Below, piece by piece: positions 39,940 through 49,475 of a stretch of 64,000 nucleotides of DNA. The stretch spans positions 18,483 to 82,482 of the forward strand of contig CAWCZZ010000005.1 of NCBI GenBank assembly GCA_963800195.1. Direction: 5' to 3'. Origin of the DNA: an uncultured Acidobacteriota bacterium. GTDB taxonomy: Bacteria > Acidobacteriota > Terriglobia > Terriglobales > Acidobacteriaceae. The notes beneath the pieces are model-generated. The model worked only from the letters and a program-made list of their open reading frames with translations, was not told the DNA's origin and did not search any database. Both the position numbers and the translations under genes were made by a program. Numbering within the stretch: the stretch's first letter is position 1; the number at the start of each line of letters is the position of its first letter.

Positions 39940-41962
39940 TCACCGCTTCTTAGCCTTTTTCTTCTCCACTGCCTTTGCGGTAGTTTTCTTCGCCACAGGC
40001 TTCGCCGTTGGCTTGCTCGCAGCTTTGGCCGCAACCTTGGAAGGAGCTTTGGCTGCGACCTTGGCCTTTGCCGACTCAGCCTTCACTGCTGCAGCTTTCA
40101 CCGCTGCTTTCACCGGAGCAGCCTTTGCGGGCGGAGCTTGCGCCTTGACCGGCGGGGCCACTTTTGCCTCCACCGCAGTCTTCGCCACGGCGACCTTCGC
40201 GCCGGCCGCCTTGGACAATGTCTTTTCCGCTTTACCGGCGTTCTCTGCCTTGGCCGCGCCAGCCACGCCTTGATCCGCCTTGGCTGCGCTCTCTGCTTCC
40301 GGCTCGGCAGCAGCGCTGATCGTGCTGGCCGCCAGCGCCCTTGCCTTCGGCATAACCACCGTCGGAATCGGCGTCGGGCTCTCCACCCCAATCGCTCCCA
40401 GCTGGCGCAGCAGAACCTGCCGGATGTTGTCGATTGGCGCCGGTTTTCCAGTCCAGATTTCGAACTGTCGTGCCGCCTGGTGCACAAACATCTCCGCTCC
40501 GCTGATTGTGCCGCAGCCTTTGGACTGAGCCAACTTGATCAGCGGCGTTTCAATCGGGTTGTACACCGAGTCGAAGATCCAGGGCGCGTTCAATTCATTT
40601 TCTTCCAGCGGCGTCTCTCGATTGCTTCCCATCCCCACCGGCGTCGCGTTGAAGATCATGTCGAAATTCAGCTTCGGCAGATCGCTGCGCTTCACCACCT
40701 TCGCGCCGGAATCCTTGGCCAGCGCCTGTGCCGTCGCCGGAGTTCGATTCAGAATCGAGACCACCGCGCCCTTTTCCCGTCAGTCCAAAGACTGCGGCGC
40801 GTGCCAGTCCGCCTGCGCCCAGCACCAGCACTTGCGCCCCCTGCAGCGGAATCCGCGCCTCAATCGCCGCAATAATGCCGTAAACGTCCGTGTTGAATCC
40901 GAACAGTCTTCCGTCCTTGCCGCGAACAATCGTGTTGCAGGCTCCGGTCTTCTGGGTCAGCACGTCGCTGTTGTCCAGGTGCTCCACCACTGCCTGCTTG
41001 TAGGGCATGGTCACGCTCAGCCCATCCAGCGGCAGGTCTTTGACCGTGGAAAGCAGGTCGTCAATGGTCTTGGCATGCAGCGGCAGGTAAACGGCGTTTA
41101 CGTTCTCCCTGCGGAAGGCCGCGTTCATTACCCACGGCGACATCGAGTGCGAGACCGGATCGCCTGCAACCCCGTACACCTTGGTCACCGACTCAATCTG
41201 CTCGATGCGGTAGAAGTCCCGCAATTCACGATACGTCGGCTGCCCCGGAGCCGTCTCCTGCCCCTGCCCGGTCGAGCCGAAGGTGAACGATCCCCCGGCG
41301 CGAATGCACAGCACCCGGCTCAGCATCCCTTGCTCGCCCATGCAGGCGCCCACCATCGTGTACTCGGAGCTATGCCGCTCCAAAAAGCGGGTGAGCAACA
41401 CATTGTCATGCAGGCATGTGGCCGTGCCGATCACCTTGTAAAAGTCTGCGGTAAAGGCGCGCATCCGCGCAAAGCTCTCTTCCAGTTTGCTGCAGCTTTC
41501 AAAGTCGTGGCTTGAGAGCACGATCGCGGCGCGAGCGCGAAGCTCTTCCCAATCCGCTCCGCTCATCGCCTCGGCGCTCTCAATCGCCACGTCCAGAGCG
41601 GGGCAGCCGGCATCGGCCGCCTTGCGCAGCACTTCCAACTCGGTCTCCAGCGGCCCTTGGAACTTGCCTCCAGACACGGTACGTCGGCAGGTGGCGATGA
41701 CGATCGCATCGGGCCTCAACTCCATCAGCCGCCGCAACCGCGGTATCCCCGCCAGTGGAGCTTTCAGGTGGTCGAGCCGAAGCTCAATCAGCGTGTTTTC
41801 GCGCAATACCGTCTCCGCCTTTTCCATCATCTCGGCGGCGTCGGTACTCGTAATTGCAACGCATATCCGTGGAATACGGAGGCGTAGGGAGCGTGCGGCG
41901 TAGTTCATTTCTGGAACAGTCATTTCTGGGCAAATGGTAATGATGCAATCGCCCGGTTGCAA
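39940..41962 (-). pseudogene. fused 3-dehydroquinate dehydratase / shikimate dehydrogenase with an Ala/Lys/Pro-rich tail of about 150 aa; one frame disruption near 40770
   Basis: ORF 40595..41962 holds AroD-like (ICVAITS...ELRLD...SSHDF) and AroE-like (VYGVAGDPVSHSMSP...NTD...LVLGAGGLARA) parts. ORF 39940..40764 continues with NATPVGM...DSVYNP...FVHQAARQFEIWTG, then KAAxK-type repeats in the same frame. Confidence 0.7.
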
Positions 41963-42244
41963 TGCCTGAATGCATTTTTAGTTCATAATTATCAAGAAAG
42001 TTGCGGAAGTGCCCTTTCAGTCACCGGTTTACGCACGCTTTACGTGCACGGTCCACTGCTTACCTCTATGTTTGCGTCCATGAGTGCTTGTATCGTGCGT
42101 CCTGGGGTGCGTTGTCCCGGAGTGCGTCTGGGGTACGTCCATAGTTACTTGACCATCGCTTCCCGCTTTGTTAGCTTCCGATTCATAATCGTGCACGCTT
42201 TTTTTGGGCAAGCGCCGCTCAGCGGCTGAAATGAGAGCACGGAA

Positions 42245-43280
42245 TGAAACCTCTGATCGTAGCAATCGCCCTGCTGTCCGGAACCCTGCTTGGCGCAGTC
42301 AGGCCTCAAGCCCAACATTCCCTCCGGCTCAGCGCCGGCCAATGGTCCCAGCTATAGCCAGCAGTACTGTGCTGGCTTTGTCACCACCGTAAGCATTCCC
42401 CGCACCAACTATATCCTTGGCTCCAAGGAGAGTCCGCACGAGAACACGATTCCGGGGCACGCGCAGCTCTTTCTCGGAGGCCCGGGCCTGGTCGCCGGGG
42501 AGCGTTACACCGTCCTGCGCCAGATCGATGATCCCAACCGCGAAACATCCTCTCCCGAGCAGCGCAGCAAACTCGCTAAACTCGGTGCGCTCTATCAGGA
42601 TATCGGTTGGGTCACGGTCCATTCGATAGCCAGTGGCGCCGCCATTGCCAGCTTCGATTTCGCTTGTGACGCCGCCCTGCGTGGCGATATCGTGGTGCCC
42701 TTCAAGCAAAGGCCTACTCTCGACTGTCCGCACCGTGGATGGCCCCGTCGATTCCTTCCGCGAGCTCTCCACCGCCCCCAAGGGCCACATCCTCGGCGCC
42801 AAGGACTTCGTCGATCTTCTCGGTACCGGCCTCGTCGTCTATACCGACTTCGGCAGCAACAAGGGGGCCAAGCCCGGAGACTATCTCTACGTCCTGCGTG
42901 GATACACCGCCGGCGATCTCAACAAGATTGACCGCGCCACCATGGCCCTGCCCAACGGTGCCGAGGCCGATGCTTCCGTCGTCAATCCCGCGCACGTCAA
43001 AGCCAGCGCCGATGCCCACATTCCGCAACGCGTGCTGGGAGAGATGCTGGTGCTCAACGCAACTCCCGGCTCCTCCACCGCCATCATCACTCGCAGCTTC
43101 GCTGAAATGCAGCTTGGCGATGTCGTGATCGGTGAAGACCAGCTGATTGCCAGTGTCGCGCCAGCAGCCACCGCCGATAACCCCGCGCCTTGCACTCTTG
43201 TTTCGCGCCTGCACCGGCTCCTTCTTCTCCATCCTCACTCCTGCCCGGACTCCAAGACCGTCCAGACGGCTGCTCGGTAG
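42245..43280 (+). pseudogene. secreted hypothetical protein, two frame disruptions (near 42300 and near 42715)
   Basis: Signal peptide MKPLIVAIALLSGTLLGAV. The body comes from ORF 42290..42931 and then ORF 42633..43280. No family recognised. Confidence 0.4.
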
Positions 43281-43320
43281 GAGGGAACATCAGGTAGGCC
43301 GTCGAACACGCGGAGCACTT

Positions 43321-43375
43321 CGCTCTTGCTCCTGCTTTCAACTTTGAAACCTTGAAACTTTGAAACCCGGAACTT
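43321..43375. repeat. composite repeat: GCTCTTGCTC block plus tandem TTGAAAC(C/T)T units
   Basis: cgctcttgctcctgctttcaactttgaaaccttgaaactttgaaacccggaac, immediately upstream of the APC permease gene. Confidence 0.6.
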
Positions 43376-43380
43376 AAAAA

Positions 43381-44673
43381 TTGAAGAGTCTCCGCAAGAT
43401 AGGACTGCTCGCTCTCGTCGCGGCCACATATGCCATGGTCGCCGGCGGTCCTTTCGGGCTTGAGCAGATCGTCGCTGACAACGGTTACAGCGGCGCCATC
43501 CTCATCCTCTGCATCACGCCCATCCTCTGGGCTGTGCCCACGACGCTCATGGTCAGCGAACTAGCCTCCGCGCTTCCCCAAACCGGAGGCTTCTACATCT
43601 GGGTACGCCGCGCCCTCGGCCCATTCTGGGGCTTTCAGGAATCCTGGCTCACCTTCACCGGCAGCATTTTTGATATGGCCATCTACCCTATTCTCTTCGC
43701 TGCCTATCTCGCGCATCTCGTGCCTGCGCTCGGCCAGGGTCGCATCCCGCTCGTCGTCGGAGTTCTGATGATCGCCGTCTGCGTCCTCATGAATCTCTTC
43801 GGAACCAATTTCGTAGGGCAGGGAACTGTCGTCTTTGTCGTGCTTCTTCTCGCGCCCTTTGCGTTTCTCATCTGGTATGGTCTCGCGCTCCCGCATCCCA
43901 CACTCGCGCCGCCGGCTCTCACCAAAACCGATTTGATGGGCGGCCTGCTCATCGCCATGTGGAATTACATGGGCTGGGACAACGCTTCCACCATCGCCGG
44001 AGACGTCAAGAACGCTCGCCGCACTTACAGCCGCGCCATGCTTGTCTCCGTTGTGCTTGTCGTCATCACCTACATCGCGCCCATCCTCGCCGTCGCCCAC
44101 GCGGGCCTTCCGTTATCCGCCTGGGAAACCGGCTCCTGGGTAACCATCGCAGGTAGCCTCGGTGGTCAGCGCCTCGCCCTATGCATGACCGCGGCAGGCG
44201 TTCTGGCCGCCTTCGCCACCTTCAACGCACTCGTTCTCTCCCTCTCGCGTCTGCCTTACGCCATGGCTCGCGATGGTTTCCTGCCCAAATCATTCGCCAA
44301 AGAAAATCGCCGCGGCGCCCCCTGGGTCGCCATCCTCGTCTGTTCATTTTTCTGGGCTCTCGCCATGGGCCTGGGCTTCGAGAGAACTGTAATGCTTGAT
44401 GTCCTGCTCACCGGCCTCAGCATTCTTCTTGAATTTGCCGCGCTCATCGCACTGCGCATCCGCGAACCGCATCTCCCGCGTCCCTTCCGTGTCGCCGGAG
44501 GCCGCGCCGGACTCGTTCTGTTAGCCGCCCCTCCCGCCATCCTCATCGTGATTGCCTGCGCCCGTAATCACGCCGAACGAATCGGCTCCATCAACGCCCT
44601 CATTGTCGGAGTCGTCATCGTCCTTCTCGGAGTGATCTTCTATTTCCTCGGCAATCGCCCGCGCACCGCCTAG
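43381..44673 (+). CDS. APC-family amino acid/polyamine permease
   Basis: 430 aa with about 12 TM helices. N-terminus LVAATYAMVAGGPFGLE, plus SELASALPQTGGFYIW. Confidence 0.8.
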   Translation: MKSLRKIGLLALVAATYAMVAGGPFGLEQIVADNGYSGAILILCITPILWAVPTTLMVSELASALPQTGGFYIWVRRALGPFWGFQESWLTFTGSIFDMAIYPILFAAYLAHLVPALGQGRIPLVVGVLMIAVCVLMNLFGTNFVGQGTVVFVVLLLAPFAFLIWYGLALPHPTLAPPALTKTDLMGGLLIAMWNYMGWDNASTIAGDVKNARRTYSRAMLVSVVLVVITYIAPILAVAHAGLPLSAWETGSWVTIAGSLGGQRLALCMTAAGVLAAFATFNALVLSLSRLPYAMARDGFLPKSFAKENRRGAPWVAILVCSFFWALAMGLGFERTVMLDVLLTGLSILLEFAALIALRIREPHLPRPFRVAGGRAGLVLLAAPPAILIVIACARNHAERIGSINALIVGVVIVLLGVIFYFLGNRPRTA

Positions 44674-44770
44674 ACGGCTGCTGCAATTGGCAACAGCAAG
44701 AGGAATGGACATAACAACTGCGAGGACATGAATGTGGAGATAATGAATGTGGAAATATCAAAGGACGAAG

Positions 44771-44841
44771 GGCGGCCCACATCCGCCCCGTCGTTGGGCG
44801 AATGGCGGCCCACATCCGCCCCGTCGTTGGGCGAATGGCGG
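44771..44841. repeat. 33-bp tandem duplication (2.2 copies) of a REP-like unit
   Basis: ggcggcccacatccgccccgtcgttgggcgaat occurs at 44771-44803 and identically at 44804-44836, followed by a partial third copy. Confidence 0.8.
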
Positions 44842-44854
44842 GAACATCGCCTTC

Positions 44855-44920
44855 CAAGTTGCCCTTGCTCTTGCCTTTAACCTTGAAACCTTGAAACTCT
44901 GAAACCTTGAACTCGAAACC
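44855..44920. repeat. composite repeat: GCCCTTGCTCTTGCC block plus tandem TTGAAAC(C/T)T units
   Basis: gcccttgctcttgcctttaaccttgaaaccttgaaactctgaaaccttgaactcgaaacc. Same orientation as the copy at 43321..43375. Confidence 0.6.
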
Positions 44921-44921
44921 C

Positions 44922-45569
44922 TCACCCCTTCAAACTCTCTCCCGGCTCCGTCTCTCCGAACACCTCTGCCGTGAACGCCTCCAGCTTTGCCCCATGCTTC
45001 CATTGATCCAGCACCAGCCCCGCCTTGCGGCACGTTTGCGCCAGAAAAGTCTCCCGATCCCAGCCCCACTCCGGTGCTACCTGGGGCAGCAATAATCCGC
45101 GCCGATCGCCGTAGCTCACCATCAGTCCGTGCCGTCCCACCACCACATCTTCGGGAGCAATCTCAAACATCGGAGACAACACGCTGATCTCAAGCTGCAA
45201 ACTCTCCAGCTCCGCCTCCGTCACCGGCGGAAAGCGCGTGTCTTCCAAAGCAGCCGCACGAGCCATCGCGCGCACCGTCTCATCCAGCGGCCCCACGGCT
45301 ATCACCATTCCAATGCATCCGCGCAGAGCCCGGTTCTCATGCAGCGTCACAAACGCACCGCGCCTCTCTTTCAGATGATCGGAGAAATTAGAGAACGCCG
45401 TCGCGCCTGCGGCCGGCAGCGCAGCGTTACCCGACGGGTGGCCGTTGGGCGAATGTGGGGACTGCTCAGTCGAGCGACTCTGCCCGACCGCTTCGCGAAT
45501 GCTTTGATGGGCCAGCCTCAGCAGCCAGCGCCGTTCTTCAGCGGAGTACTCTGCATGCAGCTCGTTCAT
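44922..45569 (-). CDS. AMMECR1 domain protein
   Basis: GAFVTLHENRALRGCIG, AAALEDTRFPPV, LLPQVAPEWGWD. Confidence 0.8.
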   Translation of the reverse strand: MNELHAEYSAEERRWLLRLAHQSIREAVGQSRSTEQSPHSPNGHPSGNAALPAAGATAFSNFSDHLKERRGAFVTLHENRALRGCIGMVIAVGPLDETVRAMARAAALEDTRFPPVTEAELESLQLEISVLSPMFEIAPEDVVVGRHGLMVSYGDRRGLLLPQVAPEWGWDRETFLAQTCRKAGLVLDQWKHGAKLEAFTAEVFGETEPGESLKG

Positions 45570-45608
45570 AGTCGATTACGCAACCTGGCCTGTTATTTAT
45601 GTACTGTG

Positions 45609-46298
45609 TTACGCGCGCGCGTCTTTATCACCCGGCCGCGGAATCACAAACGGAATGGGCGCCCGCCGCTGCCTGCTCTGCGCCAATGCTGTAACCCAGA
45701 AAGACCGCAGATAGACGAACGCCGAGAGCAGCGATACCACCAGCATCAGCCAGATCGCGCCGGTCGCGATTGCCTCGCCCGGCAGCACCACGCCGCCCAC
45801 CGGCCACTGCTTCCAGCCATGCGCCATCAGCACGCTCAACACGGAAACAATTTGTAATGCTGTCTTGACCTTGCCGATGTCGCGCACGTCCAGCTTCATG
45901 CCTTCCTGCACTGCCACCGAGCGAAGCCCGGTCACCAGGAATTCCCGTCCTACGATCAGCACCGCGATCCACGCCGGTACCAGCGTTGGAGCAAGCTGCA
46001 CCAGTGCGATGTAGGCCGTCGTCACCAGCAGCTTATCGGCCAGCGGTGAGAGCAGCATTCCCAACGTGGTTACCTGATGCATCCGCCGCGCCAAGTAGCC
46101 ATCCAATCCGTCGGTCAGCGAAGCCAGCAGAAACACCGCTGCCGCCAGCAGCTCCTGCCGTCCATGCATCCCATGCCAGCCACTTCCGGAGAGAATCCAG
46201 AGAAATAGAGGCACACAACAAATCCGTGCAAGCGTGATGGAGTTTGGCAGATTCACTTGGAATACAGATTGGCGTCGAATACAAACTGGCGTCGCCAC
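45609..46298 (-). CDS. pgsA: CDP-diacylglycerol--glycerol-3-phosphate 3-phosphatidyltransferase
   Basis: NLPNSITLARI...DGLDGYLARRMHQVTTLGMLLSPLADK (CDP-alcohol phosphatidyltransferase motif). The start codon is uncertain. Confidence 0.75.
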   Translation of the reverse strand: MATPVCIRRQSVFQVNLPNSITLARICCVPLFLWILSGSGWHGMHGRQELLAAAVFLLASLTDGLDGYLARRMHQVTTLGMLLSPLADKLLVTTAYIALVQLAPTLVPAWIAVLIVGREFLVTGLRSVAVQEGMKLDVRDIGKVKTALQIVSVLSVLMAHGWKQWPVGGVVLPGEAIATGAIWLMLVVSLLSAFVYLRSFWVTALAQSRQRRAPIPFVIPRPGDKDARA

Positions 46299-46413
46299 GC
46301 TTTGATTATGCGGCCATCAGCAGCCACTTTCAACCCTGCGCCTGCGGTTGGCAGCGCAGCGTTACCCGCCAGCGCCTGCGGCCGACGCCGCCAGCAGACC
46401 CGAAAAACAAATA

Positions 46414-46448
46414 CCCCACATCTGCCCCGTTGTCAGGCAAATGCGGGA
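46414..46448. repeat. REP-like palindromic element
   Basis: ccccacatctgcc-ccgttgtca-ggcaaatgcggg, just downstream of the IHF/HU gene 3-prime end. Confidence 0.6.
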
Positions 46449-46474
46449 GATATCAAGCGAATGTGCAACCCGGC

Positions 46475-46822
46475 CTAGAGCTCCGGCTCGCTCGCATGTC
46501 TCTCGGTGGAACCAGCTTCTGCGGCTGAGGCCCTCAGCTGTTCGCCGTCGTGGTTCACCATGTCCTTCAGCTCTTTGCTGGGCTTAAAGAAGGGAATCTT
46601 CTTGGGAGGAACTTCGACACGATCGCCGGTTTTCGGATTGCGCCCCACTCGTGGTTTGCGCTGCCGTGTGCGGAAGCTGCCAAAGCCTCGAATTTCGATC
46701 TTGTCCCCCGTGCGCAGGGCACGCACCACGCTGTCGAATATGGTCTCCACAATGACTTCACTATCCTTGCGGGTTAACTCGGCCAGTCGCGAGACTTCTT
46801 CGATCAGATCGGCTTTCGTCAT
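46475..46822 (-). CDS. integration host factor / HU family DNA-binding protein
   Basis: MTKADLIEEVS...IEIRGFGSFRTRQRKPRVGRNPKTGDRVEVPPKKIPFFKPSKELK. Confidence 0.85.
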   Translation of the reverse strand: MTKADLIEEVSRLAELTRKDSEVIVETIFDSVVRALRTGDKIEIRGFGSFRTRQRKPRVGRNPKTGDRVEVPPKKIPFFKPSKELKDMVNHDGEQLRASAAEAGSTERHASEPEL

Positions 46823-46966
46823 CTCTTTGTCACTCCGTGTAAGCGGATTTTTGCACTCCCGTCGCCGGGCCTCGCAAACGAAGGTTAAAACATTGGCACA
46901 TTGGAGTTTACCACGCCTAAACCTAAAAATTGCAGCAGACTTTTCATAGTCATCGGCGCCACCCCC

Positions 46967-47851
46967 TCAATCCTTGAACAATCCGCCCAGAAACTTGCCG
47001 AAGCGCCGCAGCTTTCCTTCCTTCTTTTTGGCTGCCTGCTGTTCCTCCCTCGGCCCGCTCACCTGGGGAAGCAGGGCCATCACCATCTTCGAGTTGTCGG
47101 TTGAAAGCGAGAGCTTGGAAACCGATCCATAGTAATCCTGTACCATCTGGTTTCCCTGGAAAACAAAAGTACTTCCCACCTCCAGATGTGTTTCGCCGGC
47201 ATCCTTCGCCGCAACCGGCTCTTCCGCCCTCTCTGGAACCGTGACTGGAACCGCAGCGGGCAATATCATTCCCGGCTTCGGAGCCGGGCAGCCGCAAACC
47301 TCCGGCGCCTCCTCTGCCCCGGAGATCTTTCCCTTGCGGAACATAACATTTTTTCCCGGTGAGAGCTGATAGGAGTCGCTGCCCATCATCTCGGCCACAA
47401 ATACTGCTGCATCGTTACCCGGCAGCGTGCGCAGGCAGGTATCGCCGGAGCCGCTCACCGAGATCGCAAAGTGGAATGTCCCCGGGCTGATCAGTCGCAT
47501 CCGGAAGTCCGGTGTAATCAGCGCATCGACCGAGGTGTGCAGCGTGTAATCCACCTCCATTGCGCCCGTGCTCAATCCCAGCACCAGTGATTTGCCCGTC
47601 GCGTCCGAGCTCAATGACAAACTTGTCTTCGCGCAAATGCGTACTTCACCGCCGCGTTCCAGCTTCAGCAGCGCTGTTCCATCCCCGGCTGCAACCTCCG
47701 AGCCGCTCAGTACGTGGGTGCCGCCGCTTGCGAGCAGCACTGAGCCGCGCACGCTGGCCTCGCCCGAAAAGACCTCGCCAATTACGTGCTGCGCGTACGC
47801 CGCGGGAGCAACCGCCAGTGCAACGCCGAGAAGCAACAGAGGCTTTTTCAC
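46967..47851 (-). CDS. secreted hypothetical protein
   Basis: Signal peptide MKKPLLLLGVALAVAPAAYA. 294 aa, directly downstream of the PilZ gene. Confidence 0.5.
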   Translation of the reverse strand: MKKPLLLLGVALAVAPAAYAQHVIGEVFSGEASVRGSVLLASGGTHVLSGSEVAAGDGTALLKLERGGEVRICAKTSLSLSSDATGKSLVLGLSTGAMEVDYTLHTSVDALITPDFRMRLISPGTFHFAISVSGSGDTCLRTLPGNDAAVFVAEMMGSDSYQLSPGKNVMFRKGKISGAEEAPEVCGCPAPKPGMILPAAVPVTVPERAEEPVAAKDAGETHLEVGSTFVFQGNQMVQDYYGSVSKLSLSTDNSKMVMALLPQVSGPREEQQAAKKKEGKLRRFGKFLGGLFKD

Positions 47852-47865
47852 GATGAGCTATTGAA

Positions 47866-48249
47866 TCACAGAGTAGACGGCGCGTCATCGGCGCCAATAA
47901 ATTTCTGCTTATCGTCGTCGGCCACAAAATCGTAGCTGTCAATCGCCGCCGCAATGGCGAATTTGCCGTCGCCCTGGTCCGGCTCCACCCGCACCACCTT
48001 GCCGTGGCACTGCACCCTCAGCGGCTCTGACATCGTTACCTCGACCGGGAGCATCACCGTGAACTCAATCTCCGAATCAGCGACCATCGCCGCATCGCAA
48101 TAAAAACATATCCCATTCGAGCTTACGTCGCGGGTCTCCGCCGCCTTCTGCAACACCTCGCCGGATTCTGATACCGCGTTCACGATCACCGGGAGTTGGA
48201 GTGCAAACCGCCGGATCGCCCGCTTCTCTGGTGCCGTCCCATCGCCCAT
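47866..48249 (-). CDS. PilZ domain protein
   Basis: RAIRRFALQLPV...ETRDVSSNGICF matches the RxxxR...D/NxSxxG c-di-GMP binding motifs. Confidence 0.65.
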   Translation of the reverse strand: MGDGTAPEKRAIRRFALQLPVIVNAVSESGEVLQKAAETRDVSSNGICFYCDAAMVADSEIEFTVMLPVEVTMSEPLRVQCHGKVVRVEPDQGDGKFAIAAAIDSYDFVADDDKQKFIGADDAPSTL

Positions 48250-48546
48250 GGCGTCAGTTCCTCGTTCTCCAGCTTACGATATCCAGCTTACGATTCAACC
48301 CGAAAGTGTCAAGTCACTTGTTCGCCTTAAGCGCTTTAAAAAGCACTTATCTCTTCCCTCCACGGAAATCTGTGTCAGGATGATCTTGCCGGTACCGCCG
48401 TTTTGGCCATCACTATCGTTTGGCCCACGCTCGGTACTGGCATATACTGTTCTCGTTCTCCTTCATCGGTCACACTGCAGTCGCGGTTCCGCTTTACCCC
48501 GCCTGTTTTGTGCAACTTTGCCCTTGAACCAGTCCGGAAGGGACGC

Positions 48547-49365
48547 ATGCAGATCAGATTCTGGGGAGTTCGTGGCTCAACCCCTACACCGCAGGTGGAG
48601 AACATGCGGTATGGCGGAAACACCCCATGCGTCGAAGTGCGCATTAAAGACCGCATCTTTATCTTCGATTGCGGTACCGGATTTCGCAATCTGGGCAAGA
48701 GTCTCATGGCCGAGTACGCCTACACTCCCATCTACGCCCACGTCTTTCTCTCCCATTTTCACTGGGATCACATCCAGGGCATCCCGTTCTTTCAGCCCTT
48801 GTATGAGAATCCCGACAACTATTTCTTCTTCCACTCCTCCAGCCGAACCCGCGGCCTGCAGCGCGCCATCGAGGAGCAGATGGTTGACCCTTATTTCCCG
48901 GTCGATATGACCGAGATGGCCGCCCATTGCAATTTCTATGACATGGAAGAGGAGCGCGTCGCCTTTGACGATTGCACCGTCCAGTCCATGTGGCTCAATC
49001 ATCCCCAGGGCTGCCTCGGCTTCCGCCTTGAAACCGACAGCGGAATCTTCGTCTACGCCACCGACACTGAGCCCGGCCATCCCGTATTTGACCGCAATGT
49101 CCGCAAACTGGCCGAAGGTGCCGACGTCGTCATCTACGACGCGCAATATTCACCCGAACAATACCAGTCCAAGCATCGCGGCTGGGGACATAGCCACTGG
49201 CACGAAGCCGCCGACGTCGTCCGCGCCACCGGCGCCAAGGAACTGGTGCTCTTCCACCACGATCCCGACCACGATGATCAATGCCTCGACGCCATCGTAG
49301 CCTCCGCCTCCAACTACTGCCCCAAAGTCCGCGCCGCACGTGAGGGCGACCTCATCGAACTCTAG
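48547..49365 (+). CDS. MBL-fold metallo-hydrolase
   Basis: MQIRFWGVRGSTPTP...CGTG...SHFHWDHIQG...HHDPDHDD. Confidence 0.8.
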   Translation: MQIRFWGVRGSTPTPQVENMRYGGNTPCVEVRIKDRIFIFDCGTGFRNLGKSLMAEYAYTPIYAHVFLSHFHWDHIQGIPFFQPLYENPDNYFFFHSSSRTRGLQRAIEEQMVDPYFPVDMTEMAAHCNFYDMEEERVAFDDCTVQSMWLNHPQGCLGFRLETDSGIFVYATDTEPGHPVFDRNVRKLAEGADVVIYDAQYSPEQYQSKHRGWGHSHWHEAADVVRATGAKELVLFHHDPDHDDQCLDAIVASASNYCPKVRAAREGDLIEL

Positions 49366-49385
49366 CTCAGCTCTGAGGTTTGGTG

Positions 49386-49417
49386 GCCCATATTTGCCGT
49401 TTTTGGCAAATGTGGGG
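49386..49417. repeat. REP-like palindromic element (best copy)
   Basis: gcccatatttgcc-gttttt-ggcaaatgtgggg, between the convergent MBL and SBP 3-prime ends. Confidence 0.65.
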
Positions 49418-49475
49418 TAGCTGGCTTTGACCTGGCTTATGTACTCTGCCTCTGCACATTTTTCTCGGCCAGTGC

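Noticed and set aside
39923-40273. 116-aa Ala/Phe-rich plus-strand ORF
   Set aside because: It is the antisense reading of the Ala/Lys repeat tail of the AroD-AroE gene. The minus-strand frame is continuous with a conserved enzyme domain.
44771-44841. Possible CRISPR array
   Set aside because: There are only about 2.2 directly abutting identical 33-bp units, with no spacers and no cas genes in the window. It is a tandem duplication of a REP-like unit.
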